Notes: a model not told the origin generated them from the letters alone. Positions 1 through 12,900 are shown, numbered from the stretch's first letter. The stretch is 64,000 nucleotides of DNA from Eledone cirrhosa (GCA_964016885.1 OZ024740.1:128092001-128156000); one strand, 5' to 3'. Program-made: numbers and translations.

Positions 1-238
1 CATGCTCCCTGGCGTGTGCACCATTCGTATTTGTCGATGTCCTGTCCTTGGCCCCAGTTGTCGTGGAGTATGCAGTGTCCGTCCTGTGTCATTAATGCTA
101 GTTGTGTGGCTATTTTTGTTCCTGGATACTGGTACCGGTTCATTTCTTATACCTAAGGAGGCACCCCTGCTATTGGCATTTCTGCACGCCTTATCACCTG
201 GCTCTACTCTGTCCGGGGTATATAGGATGGTGTCTTTG

Positions 239-2014
<1,776 letters not shown>

Positions 2015-2042
2015 ACATATATATATATATATACGTATATAT

Positions 2043-2097
<55 letters not shown>

Positions 2098-2100
<3 letters not shown>

Positions 2101-2220
2101 CGAAGGAAATTTGGTAAGGAACCAGGTGGACCATAACGCACCAAAGTACTCAATACTTAGGGTAGTAGAGTGGGAAATAGGAACGAGTGGGACCCCGTCG
2201 GGATCCCACTCGTTCCTATA
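2098..2220. mobile_element. short TA-embedded element ending in a 20-bp fold-back hairpin; second copy at 23728-23900
   Basis: The first ~80 bp are nearly identical to 23728-23810; arms 2177-2196 / 2200-2219. Confidence 0.8.
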
Positions 2221-2575
2221 TATATATAATTAATACAATAACAGAGATAGTTTAAAGCTAAACTCTGACTGGTATCCATCTCACTCAACAAACATTAGGT
2301 TATATTTAAATATAAACCCAATTTAAGTGTTTGGGGTGCTAACAATATGTATAATGTGGAAAAACCAGTTGTATTATTTTATGAGATATAATTAAAGTTA
2401 AAATACATCTCTCTTTCCAAACAATTGTTTCATTATAAGTTTTCTACAAGTTGGGAGAATATTTCCAGTTTATGTAGAAGCCTAATATATATTCATATAA
2501 GAATATATTTAGGTGGGCGTTTATAAATCATCAGTGGAAGCCCATTAAACTTTCATATAAGAAAGAAATTCTTAC

Positions 2576-2705
2576 CGCAGTCAAAAATCGTGTCTGTTAA
2601 GTTGCTCCTTCTGGCATCAAATGACCGCCAAATTTGAAATTCCAGCAGTTCTTGACTGAGGAAGTATCATAGCGACACGAAGCGGGAAGGGGAGACAACT
2701 ACGAT
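2576..2705 (-). other. putative non-coding (5'UTR/lncRNA) exon in a CpG-richer island
   Basis: Minus-strand acceptor tttttttcctcctttcgtAG and donor GCG|GTAAGA; all three frames contain stops. Confidence 0.35.
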
Positions 2706-2894
2706 CTACGAAAGGAGGAAAAAAATAATAATATACACGCGGGTTAATTAGTTTTTTCGAAAACATTATCAATCCAACGTGTTAAGAACTCAATTGAAAA
2801 TAAAAAAAAATAAATATATGCGTGTATAAATTACACACGCATATAGATATTTTCTTAGGCTAATATATATATATACGTATATATATATATATAC

Positions 2895-2927
<33 letters not shown>

Positions 2928-3445
2928 ACCTGCTTGAACTTCTGTACCTGCTTCAGTGAAACTCCATTTACATGTAGAGTGAACTGCGCAGACTCCTTTG
3001 AAAGACATCTGCGTGTCTGTTCTGTACAGAATGAATATTACTGATTGACATAAATAAACCATAAAGTTAAATCTATCGGGGCGATTTCCTATCATTTGCA
3101 CTGAGAAAATGTACTTTTTTTATTTTTCAAAGATATGTATACATTCATATATACTACATCGTGTATCCAAAATACACTATCGGTGTATCTCTGTCTCAGT
3201 CCTATATGAAGTAAATATTGTTTAAATAATTCATACAAACCAGAAAATCAAATATCTCTGTACAAGTTCGTATCATTCGAACAAGAAAAATGTAGTTTTT
3301 TCCGTTTCATACATTTGTTTGATTGGACTAGGAAAACGCCGCCAGGATTTCAATGCTTTCTTTATATAGTTTCCTGAATATAAAATATAATTGTATCAGT
3401 TGCTCACGGATCATTCAGCAGTTATTGGTTTGATGTATTTAGATA

Positions 3446-3635
3446 AATAATTGTTTCTACATTTGGCACAAGGCCAGCAAATATCAGTACATTACTGGTA
3501 CTTTATTTTATCGACCCCGTAAGGATGAAAGGCAAAGTTAACCTCGGCGGGATTTGAACTCAGATGGTAAAGGGACGTAACTCTTCTGGAAAGCATGGCG
3601 TCCGACCCTCTACCGATACTGCCAATCCACCGCCC
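3446..3635 (-). mobile_element. tRNA-derived SINE, Octopus-type with Nin-like core (family B)
   Basis: Reverse complement of 7291-7475; core GCCTTTCATCCTTACGGGGTCGATAAA; B box GAGTTCAAATCC. Confidence 0.9.
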
Positions 3636-3985
3636 TTATTTATAAATAATGTATTTAGATAAATAATGCCCTCTTCTTCCACAACGCAATTCAGATACGT
3701 CATATTCTTTATTTTTGCCAAACCAGCAACGGGCTGTTGGACCTTTTAGAAATAGCAGCCAAATCTTTCTCAAATTATAAGCTATAGTCTTGGGAATGAA
3801 AGGACACATTGAATGATATATTCCTAGATATGCAGTGCCCCAGAAATGTAAATCTGAAATATTTTTAAACAGAGGTTTGTTTAGTACAGTTTGACCAGTG
3901 GCTAAACAACAGCAGATAAAATTTTAAATTGAACATTTACGTCACTAAATTCACCAAATATTCATTTATCTCCTATCTCTTCCAG

Positions 3986-4033
3986 AGGGTTTTTACTACG
4001 AACAGCTACCAGCCACATTGGTGCCAGACTTGT
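3986..4033 (+). CDS. putative internal exon (48 nt) of an unidentified micro-exon gene; xGFYYEQLPATLVPDL
   Basis: Polypyrimidine tract tctcctatctcttccAG and donor GTAAGT; frame stays open when joined to the candidate exons at 38789, 39577, 46669 and 50520. Confidence 0.45.
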
Positions 4034-5233
4034 GTAAGTGGTTTTATCTGAAATTATTATTGTAGTTGAAAACCCAGTGATTAAATAATTCAGATAATGG
4101 GCTAAATATCAGTTTAGATTTCTGACATGGAGACAAACTATCTGTTGTCTTGTCATTCTGTTGACGGCTGCATATCACATAATCCTCTATCAATATCTTA
4201 TATAATATTATCAGGATTTAATTTAGTAGAGCTCATAAAAGACTTGTTTAAAGATTATTTATATTCAAGTCCTGAACGTAACGCTGAGAAAAAATCAATT
4301 CATGCTAAAATATATTTTATTTTTGTTAACTTAAAATATTTTATTTTCCAAATAGATTTTACATCACTATTTATTACTCTAAAATTCCAATACAAAATGG
4401 AAATATTGAAATAGTATTCATAATAACAATTATTCGTGGGAAGTGGGTTCAAAAATAATCCTTTATAAACAAGTTGGAAGTGAAAAAGAGAAAGGTATTT
4501 TTTTAATTTTTACACAGGATGGAATTAGATTTAGGTTTGTTAGGGCTCACCAAATTTTTCTAGAGCAGACCTAGACTTAGTTTCGTTCTGGCCACCAATT
4601 TTGTCATTTTGACACAGGGTGGAACTATAATAATTTATTCGACACTTGTGTGGTTACATTGTTTCCAGGCAGTGTGTGCAGAAAATCTATTTCTTGTTGA
4701 AACCCTTCTTTTGAATAATATCACATTCCTTATCCTTCATTTGATGATTGGTTCTCAACAAGGAGAGTATTTCAAGATGCTTATTCAATGCCAGCCATCT
4801 AACTGGCCTATTTATAAAGATTGATGCAGCAATTGTCAACAACTCAGGCATCACGATCTCTTTTCCACCAGCCACAACCAAGCCAAACATAAAAAGGTGT
4901 GAAATATCAAAGATGCAAAATAAAGCATAATCTGTTGACCACTTGCTGATTTGTGTACACCTTCCTTGTTTTTATCATTCTTGCTTTTATTCATGTTATC
5001 TTTCATCTATAAATACTAGCACACTGTATCATGAACACAAATCAGTATTCTGAAGTTTTGGTCGGATATCAATTGTAATTAAAATCGAGTGATGCAGCAT
5101 TTTGCGAACAACGGTTTTTAAACACACCTGACTAATGAAACATTTGTTAATACTTTGAATAAACCTTATTGTACATCCAATCCATGTTATTCTTCACTCA
5201 TTTACTATTAAATAAATAAATATATATACATAT

Positions 5234-5728
5234 ACTAGCCGAATTACCCGTGCCTTGCTGCATTTCACACATTTTTTTTTGTAAGAAAATGATGATTGAT
5301 TTTAAATCAGTGATATAATTTATGGAGAAAAACTCTGCATTTCAACATTACTCAATGTAAAATGTAATGCCTGAAAAATTTGAGAACATTATTTTTTGTA
5401 ATATATCAAATCAAAATTATATTATCAAATCTTATTCTTATTTGGTTTCTTGTAAATAATTATTTTCAAAATATTAATTCAAAACTGTTGTGAATAGGCA
5501 TCATATCTTGTCATTTACCTATGGTTTAAATTTCATATAAATCGAAGGGAAACATTTTTCAGCAGGGTTGTGCCCCTGGTGAACCCTTTGATTAAAATGA
5601 AATATACTTATCCAAGTACTCTGGGCAATTTAGTTTCAAAATATATAAGGTTATGGGGGTCTATCTCCAAAACCATAGGAGGAGTTCGTGAACAAACAGA
5701 CAGGAACTACAACTTCATATATATAGAT
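5234..5728 (+). mobile_element. non-autonomous Helitron-like (Lep1/Helentron-type) element
   Basis: Starts ACTAGCCGAATTACCCG; ends ACAAACAGACA...TATATATAGAT, the typical termini of this class. Confidence 0.6.
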
Positions 5729-6284
5729 ATATAATAATTAATTTGTGTGTGTATATTGGAAAATAAATGTCTTGTACTTCTCTATATAACCATACAATTT
5801 TAAAATGTAGACATTACTCCATAAATATCTGTTCCCATTAACGTTTGATCTTTTAGAAATAAAGAAAATATGTGTAAAATATAAGAACAAGAAAAAATAA
5901 AGAAAACTGATAAAATCAGAAATCAAATTAAGATAGCAAATTTCCAAAAGAAGTTAATATTTTTCAGCCTAACTTGCTTAATATTATATATTTCCTAACA
6001 ATTTATGTAATATTTCAAATAAGTATGTACATAGATATCACAAATAATAAAATTGGCATGGAATGTTATTAACTAACTACCATGGTTAATAAAAAAAATT
6101 AGAACATTTTTTTGCATGTAAATATTTGAAGTTGGAGCTGGCCAAATCATTAGCTTATTCAGACAAAAGACAGAGTGCCAGAGATTCATATCAGGTCAGC
6201 AATGCATCATTATGCAAGCAAGCAAAAAATCCTAAATCCTGACCACATTAATTTGTATATTTTATGAATATTTCTTTGCAAGAA

Positions 6285-6398
6285 ATGTAATGTATCCAAG
6301 GAAAAAATATGCATATTGACTTGAACTGTCCTCATTTCTTTGCAAGAATGAGGACAGTTAAAGTCAATATGCATATTTTTTCCTTGGATACACTACAT
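6285..6398. repeat. near-perfect ~50-bp-arm palindrome outside a TA tract
   Basis: atgtaatgtatccaaggaaaaaatatgcatattgacttgaactgtcctcatt versus its reverse complement with 2 mismatches. Confidence 0.9.
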
Positions 6399-7044
6399 GG
6401 AAACAATGTAAATAATGTTGTGATTTTCCTTAGTGTTGTGTATTGATGACAAAGTAATATACAGAAATGTAGCCTGCTGAAGATCTAAAGCTTACAGTTA
6501 ATTTGAACAAGCTATAGAATAGAAAGATAATTATGTATAAATAATAAACCAAAACAATTTGTGAGGGTGGATGAGATTTTGGTGATGAATTTTTTTTTAT
6601 CTCATTTGCATTTTCCACTAATGTTAAAAAACTGTTTTGGCTCAAACCAATGGCTGGTTCCCAAATGATGGATCATGACACAAATCAACTGAGATAATTT
6701 TGAAATGGTCATAAAGCCAAAATATTTTATTTTTCAGATATTTCATAAAATGGACAATGTCCATGAATATATATTTTCAATAAGCTATAGGCATGAAGGC
6801 TATAAAACAGTATTTACTGTAGACAAAAACTGACAAATATTTCCTCATGAATACTATCAACTGTTAAATAAGGCCCATTGCTTTTAATAGATATTTTAAA
6901 AGGTTGCAGAGGATTATTATTATGCCAAAGTATGTCAAAATGGTAGAATGATGGGAAGTGATACTGTATGTAAATTCTCATTAGCCAAATCTGTTTTAAA
7001 CTGCACATCATATTAAAGAGGGATATGATACAATGGAAAAGGTA

Positions 7045-7089
7045 ATCAAAGTGTAGTATTTGTTCCTATCAGTTTAATATCTGATATGT
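7045..7089 (+). pseudogene. U2: U2 snRNA fragment (branch-point recognition region and stem IIa)
   Basis: ATCAAAGTGTAGTATTTGTTCCTATCAGTTTAATATCTGATATGT matches metazoan U2 (GATCAAGTGTAGTATCTGTTCTTATCAGTTTAATATCTGATACGT) with a few differences; no 5' stem I or Sm site. Confidence 0.85.
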
Positions 7090-7290
7090 ATGTGTTAAAA
7101 TAAAATATGGTATGGACATACAAATATCTTTTTATATTCTCAACTAAGGATGACTTCGGACTAACCAAATGAAAAATAATTCATATCTTTAGATTTACAT
7201 TGTACATTAATTCATCAATGAGTTTTCTCATACTAGGTCTGAAAGAAATGTAGTCCCACAATCACTTAACATTATTTGTCATATAGATAG

Positions 7291-7475
7291 GGCGGTGAAT
7301 TGGCAGTATCGGTAGAGGGTTGGACGCCATGCTTTCTAGCATAGTCACGTCCCTTTACAGTTTGAGTTCAAATCCCGTCGAGGTTAACTTTGCCTTTCAT
7401 CCTTACGGGGTCGATAAAATAAAGTACCAGTGATGTACTGGGTAATTGCTGGCCTTGTGCCAAAAAGTAGAAACA
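7291..7475 (+). mobile_element. tRNA-derived SINE family B with a 20-bp target-site duplication
   Basis: A-box-like TGGCAGTATCGG, B box GAGTTCAAATCC, Nin-like core; TSD ATTATTTGTCATATAGATAG at 7271-7290 and 7476-7495. Confidence 0.92.
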
Positions 7476-7587
7476 ATTATTTGTCATATAGATAGAAACA
7501 AAAAAAAACCCTCAAAATATCTTGTTTTATTAAATACACTTGTAGGACTTGATGCATACAAAAAGAAGTCATCTGGATATCAACAAT

Positions 7588-7909
7588 CATCATCATCATC
7601 ATCATCATCATTTTACGTCCGCTTTTCCCTACTTGCAAGGGTGGGATGGGAACTGATTCTGGCTTGATTTCTACAGCTGGATGCCCTTCCTAACACCAAC
7701 CTCATTTACAGTGAGTGCTGGATGCTTTTTTTCCGTCGTGCCTACACATCCACTTTACAGTGTGGGCTGGGTGCTTTTTTGCAGTGGCACTTCCATGTCC
7801 ACTTTGCAGTGGAATGATAGGGGCCCCAGTCCCTATCATCTCATTTCTACAGCTGAGTAAGCTAGAGCAATGTGAAATAAAGTGTCTTGCTCAAGGACAT
7901 AACACAACA
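7588..7909 (-). mobile_element. CORE-type SINE (family A), 5'-truncated, with RTE-derived tail and (GAT)n end
   Basis: Minus strand GTCCTTGAGCAAGACACTT...ACTCAGCTGTAGAAATG; homologous to 17589-17892 and 27245-27654. Confidence 0.85.
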
Positions 7910-8063
7910 CAACAATGTATGCATAAATCTTACATAAATTGCTATACATCATGAGACATAGCCAATGGAGATGTGTCCAAATAGTGGCTCACACATCAAT
8001 CAGAAATTAATTAATTATTGTATTTTTCAACACAGAACGGCATGGGATGAATGTATTTATAGT

Positions 8064-8085
8064 ATAGCATATTGCCGTATCTATG

Positions 8086-8149
<64 letters not shown>

Positions 8150-8815
8150 CATAGATACGGCAATATGCTATTTTAAATCGATATGGACAAACTGTAGTAT
8201 AATAATTAGTATACTTCAATCTGGCTAGATTTTTCTTTTGCAATATATATACAGATGTGTTGGTATCTGTGTTTCATCACATACATATTAATTTATACAC
8301 TGCTCAGGGGATATTTTTCCTCATTCGAGCTGATTCCATTGTAAAAGAATTCATTACCTTATTAATTTTAACTGCTCCTAGTTTGAGCTGCAAGCCGCCT
8401 CATATATACGACTGTTATTTCTAGCAGTACGGTTATGAGACTAGTTAGATACTGTAAAGCCATGTGCGTCACGCAGTCTTTTAAATTATTTAGAAGTGAA
8501 GCATATCAATTTGTCTCTGGATGTTTACTGAGGAGAGCGGGACATGATATTCCTACACTTATTTAACTCGAAACATATTTGGATCTTAAAGTCTAAACTT
8601 ATCTACGGAACAGGTTTGATTTTGAAATTTAAATGTGTCTAAACATCACGGCCTTTTGGCAATACAGTTCGTCTCCGTTGATTTATTATTTTAAATCGAT
8701 ATGGACAAACTGTAGTATAATAATTATTATACTTCAATCTGGCTAAATTTTTATTTTGCAATATATATACAGATGTGTTGGTATCTGTGTTTCATCACAT
8801 ACATATTAATTTATA
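8064..8815 (+). mobile_element. retrozyme-like element: ~518-bp monomer with a ~128-bp direct repeat, preceded by a ~30-bp inverted repeat around (TA)n
   Basis: 8171-8297 is repeated at 8689-8815; degenerate hammerhead core CTGAGGA (8528)-gag...ctc-GAAA (8570). Confidence 0.65.
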
Positions 8816-8835
8816 TATATATATATATATATATT

Positions 8836-8880
8836 CTATCAAATTTCTTTTGTCGCACATCTGCAACATCATCAGTGGTA
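8836..8880 (-). ncRNA. degenerate hammerhead at the 3' end of the PLE
   Basis: CTGATGA-tgttgca gatg tgcgaca-aaa-GAAA-ttt; 7-bp stem II; element runs into (TA)n a few nt later. Confidence 0.5.
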
Positions 8881-9129
8881 CTATTATGTTTCCTCTCATT
8901 GTATTGTATTGTACTGTAATGTCTACGCCAAATTTATTTTTATTTATTTATTTATTTATATTTGGCTCTGTCTCTGCACATGCGTTTACGTGTGTTTATA
9001 ATGTTTGGTGCATTTGTTTTTCTATTTTCTATTTTCTATTTTCTATTTTCTATTCTATCTGTGTTCACTAGTGTGTGTTTATATGTGTTTGCTGTTATTG
9101 TACTTGTATATATATTTATTTATTTATTT

Positions 9130-9450
9130 CATCATCATCATCATCATCATCATCGTTTAACGTCCATCTTCCACGCTTGCATGGGTTTGGACGGGGAGCT
9201 TTCCCACTTGAGGCAAGATAGGACTGTCTGGCCGGTTTTCTACGGCTGAATGCCCTTCCTAACACCAACCACGTTTACAGTGTGGACTGGGAGGTTTTTA
9301 CCGTGTTACCTATACGGCCACATTACAGCGTGGACTGTGGGGTTTTTTTTCGTGACACCTACACGACCTCATTTATTTCGGCCTGGATGTTGTGGTACAA
9401 ACATAACTTTACATCGAAAGGGGTGGTGTGGATGGGGTGGGGTGGGGGTG
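9130..9450 (-). mobile_element. 3' UTR fragment of the RTE family seen at 34301-35740 and 62777-64000, (GAT)n tail
   Basis: Shared motifs gcccttcctaacaccaaccac and catcatcgtttaacgtccatcttcc. Confidence 0.8.
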
Positions 9451-9570
9451 TATTTTGTTATTTATTTATATTTCCCTTAAGTCAGTATTGTTTGTTTGGG
9501 TATGGTTGTTGTTAATATTCCATTCGTTCTTTCTGTTCAACTTTGGTCTTCATAGATGTATCTCAGCTGT

Positions 9571-9945
9571 TTATCTGATTTGCCTATCTGTTGAGTCATT
9601 TCTATGCTTAGATATTATTTTAATCTCTATGTTGTCTATATTACCATCATGTCTTTGTCTGGCATGTTCGTGGAGTACTGAACCGTTTTTTTGTCCTTTT
9701 AGTTCCCCCCAGTTTTGGTCTATTCTTTCTCCTATGCTTCGAGCTGACTCACCTATGTATGTCGTTGTCATGTTTCTGCAAGTACCCTCTGTATATCTTA
9801 TGCTATAGACTACATTTCTAGTTTTACAGTTTATCTGGGTGTTCATTTTACATATAACACATTTCTTATTTGTACAGTGGGTTTTCTTAAAGGGGTATGT
9901 CTTGCTGATCATGGATTTTATGGTAGTTCCTGGCTTTTTTACCAC
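9571..9945 (-). pseudogene. GIY-YIG endonuclease domain of the PLE ORF (disrupted)
   Basis: NVVYSIRY...TYIGESARSIGERI...LHEHARQRH; in-frame stops nearby. Confidence 0.88.
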
Positions 9946-10952
9946 CTTAATCTTTAAATGGGTCTTTCTTAGGCCCTTTCTACATTGCTAGCTAATTTCC
10001 CTCCAGGCGTAGCATCCACGAACATGACACTCTGGTATCTCTGGTTGTCATACCATGAAGTGGCTTTGCCTATCTTATGTTTAGTCCTATCTAAGCTTTT
10101 CCATGATTTGCTCCTGTATAATGGGCAAATTCCTTTCATGTCCATTTCTATGAGGGTATTATATTTCTCCGTGGCTCCTTTGTATACTCTTGTTCTGTCT
10201 CTTTGGTTCTAGCCAGAGAACTGCATGCGATTGATGAAGTGTAGGATGTCTTTCCATTTCAGTTGGGTCGCACATGCGGGACACATTCTTCATCATTCTT
10301 ATTCTTCATCACTCTTACCAAGTCTACGATCAGAATAATAAAATTAGCACTATTGGGCACTGCTGACATTTGAATATCAGGTATTTGGAGGCCATGGGGT
10401 AAGCATAGTGTGAGTGGAGAATTTTGGCCCCCTCGGTTATAGTGTTAATCCAGAGTTCCGTGTCTAATACTGGTAAATGATAAACAATTATTGCCAAATA
10501 AATTAACTATGGAGATATAAAACATACAGAAGTGAAAACCAACCAAATAGTAAGTGTGTTCTGCTATTATTTCTGGCAATATTATAACAATATGACCTTC
10601 CCCAAGTATAACAATATTTACTTCGACACATGATTTTGTATCAAAAACCTTGCAAAACAGATATATATGTATTTAAAGCTGAGTCTGTTAAATGTTGATA
10701 CTCATTGGTTCTCATTAAATATTCTCAGCTATGCTATACTATACATATCATAATCATTTAGCATACACTTTCCATACAAATGTTGGATGGGTCATCACAG
10801 ACAAAGTAATACTAAAGAGAGGCTAATAAACTCTTAGACAGTCCACAGTATGCAACTCACTTACATACAGCCTCACATTCTACCAGTGTATATATTCTGG
10901 CCCCCTAAAATAGAGAAGTTGTAAGGGTTTTTACACAACTGAAGGTTCCTCT

Positions 10953-10990
<38 letters not shown>

Positions 10991-10996
<6 letters not shown>

Positions 10997-11402
10997 TAAA
11001 CGGAAAAGTAAATGCTGACAAATTTTTCACAGTGAAAAATAGTTTAATTTGGAATAAGTGAGAATTAGTAATAGTATTGGTTAGTATTCAGTTTTGGTTT
11101 TAAGTTTTACCGGTTGCGCATTTCTAATGCTTTTCAAAAATAATTTTGAAATAGAGCGCCCGTGATGTTTGCTCTAATCTGATTAGAGCAAACATCACGG
11201 GCGCTCTATTTCAAAATTATTTTTGAAAAGCATTAGAAATGCGCAACCGGTAAAACTTAAAACCAAAACTGAATACTAACCAATACTATTACTAATTCTC
11301 ACTTATTCCTAATTAAACTATTTTTCACTGTGAAAAATTTGCCAGCATTTTCTTTTCCGTTTACCAATATATCATAACTTGTGTTTTACACCTCTATTCT
11401 TT

Positions 11403-11406
<4 letters not shown>
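10991..11406. mobile_element. TA-embedded giant palindrome (189-bp arms, 1-nt loop at 11180) with a variant hammerhead in each arm
   Basis: 10991-11179 versus 11181-11369, 3 mismatches; TTGAAAA-gcatt aga aatgc-GCAA-CCGGT-A-aaa at 11221-11255. Confidence 0.85.
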
Positions 11407-11463
<57 letters not shown>

Positions 11464-11471
<8 letters not shown>

Positions 11472-12264
11472 AATAACAGGAGGCTGGACTGGTGTAAATC
11501 CTTGGAAGGTTTATTATACTATGATCATTTCAATGACCGGGTTCCATATGAATCCGGTGATATCATCAGGTATTGGAATATAACAGAGGAATATGTAAAA
11601 AAACTATGGGTTCGAAAAATCAGAGTCAGAGACAAAGAGGACGACTGACCAACTAGCTGCCTTCACCTCGGCCAGTCGCCCTCAAAGTGATGTCAACTGA
11701 ACCTACTAATGACTATCTGGTGAGGGGGCGAAGGCTTATAATGCACTACCCCCTCTCCATCAAAGAAAAAGGGAAAGAAAGAAAGAAAGGAAGAAAGAAG
11801 AACAAAAGGAAGTAAGAAGTCAGCGTAAGGATCACACTACATTCATGCTGGAAAACGCTGCGAAAAATGCTACTCCAAAGAATCTATATTTAACAAAGGT
11901 TATTTTATTTATAATTAACTCCGTATTCGTACCACCAACTACACAAAATAAGAGGGGTGAACTGCACTACCTTGAGTACTCTCCACAATATTACACCAAG
12001 ATTGACCATACGGAATGACCAATTCTATCCAGTCGTGAACCAACAAACCTAAAGATATATATATATATGAGCATATGAGAACATTTTCGAAGATATAATT
12101 CTATTAATAATGGTTTTGTTCCTTTTAACAATTTAATAACATATTTTTCACATATGATGGATAGCTGCACAGCTATTATCAGGACTGAGAGAAGAAGAGA
12201 AATTGAAAGGGTTAAATTATAGAGCAACAGATTTATACACAAATGACACACAATATTTATATAT

Positions 12265-12270
<6 letters not shown>
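11464..12270 (-). mobile_element. TA-embedded PLE-type insert with a hammerhead near its 3' end
   Basis: Flanked by (TA)n; hammerhead lies ~50 nt from the left TA tract. Confidence 0.6.
11516..11573 (-). ncRNA. minimal type I hammerhead ribozyme, intact core
   Basis: atac-CTGATGA-ta tcaccgg attcatatggaac ccggtca tt-GAAA-tgatcaT-A-gtat: stem I atac/gtat, palindromic stem III ATGATCAT, AUA cleavage triplet. Confidence 0.8.
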
Positions 12271-12295
<25 letters not shown>

Positions 12296-12305
<10 letters not shown>

Positions 12306-12896
12306 GAATAGCTTTCACCGTAATTTTGACTAAAGGAATGTTAGCCTGATAATGGGGTTTAGAACCCTCAGATAAATGGAAAAAAAGATGAGTATTGACG
12401 TACATGGGACTCGAACCCACATCTTTGGTTATCCAGACCACTGTGCTACCATTAAACCAACACATCACCCATCTCCTCCCATTCAAATTAGAAGCTATAT
12501 TCTTAGCGAGTATAAATGACAAGTAAGTATGTTTTGAAACAGTGAGCAGGTTTGAAATTAGAAAATAGAATAGCTTTCATCGTATTTTTGACTAAAGAAA
12601 TTTTAGACTGATAATGGGGTTTAGAACCCTAGGATAAATGGAAAAAGATGAGTATTGACGTACATGGGAGTCGAACCCACATCTTTGATTATCCAGACCA
12701 CTGTGCTCCCATTACACCAACACATCACCCATCTCGAAAGATGTGGGGTCGACTCCCATGTACGTCAATACTCATCTTTTTCCATTCATCTGAGGGTTCT
12801 AAACCCCTTTATCAGTCTAAAATTCCTTCAGTCAAAATTACGGTGAAAGCTATTCTATTTTCTAATTTCAAACCTGCACATTGTTTCAAAACATAC

Positions 12897-12900
<4 letters not shown>
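12296..12900 (-). mobile_element. TA-embedded ~260-bp tandem unit containing a tRNA-like gene, with a fold-back arm at 12737-12900
   Basis: 12296-12475 is repeated at ~12558-12735; 12737-12900 is an inverted copy. Confidence 0.85.
12396..12466 (-). tRNA. tRNA-like cloverleaf (Gln-like scaffold, anticodon position GGA, U37), probably non-decoding; second copy at 12656-12726
   Basis: Acceptor GATGTGT/GTACGTC, A box TGGT(G/T)TAATGG, anticodon arm TGGT-CTGGATA-ACCA, T arm GTGGG-TTCGAGT-CCCAT, T6-7 run ~10 nt downstream. Confidence 0.65.

Larger units (their letters stand above)
8835..10479 (-). mobile_element. 5'-truncated Neptune-type Penelope-like element (RT thumb, Cys-rich linker, GIY-YIG endonuclease, 3' hammerhead), interrupted by a LINE-tail insertion at ~9130-9450
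   Basis: Minus-strand translation LPVLDTELW...PMASKYLI...GICPLYRSKSW...SVMFVDATPGGKL...CTNKKCVIC...NVVY...YIGESARSIGER...LNRKNEW. Confidence 0.9.

Noticed and set aside
8648-8660. CGGCCTTTTGGC identical to the U2 5' stem
   Set aside because: Only 12 nt; plausible by chance, and there is no further U2 similarity.
12346-12375. CTGATAA...GATAAA hairpin in the tRNA tandem read as a hammerhead
   Set aside because: The core does not fit CUGANGA/GAAA, and there is no stem I or III.
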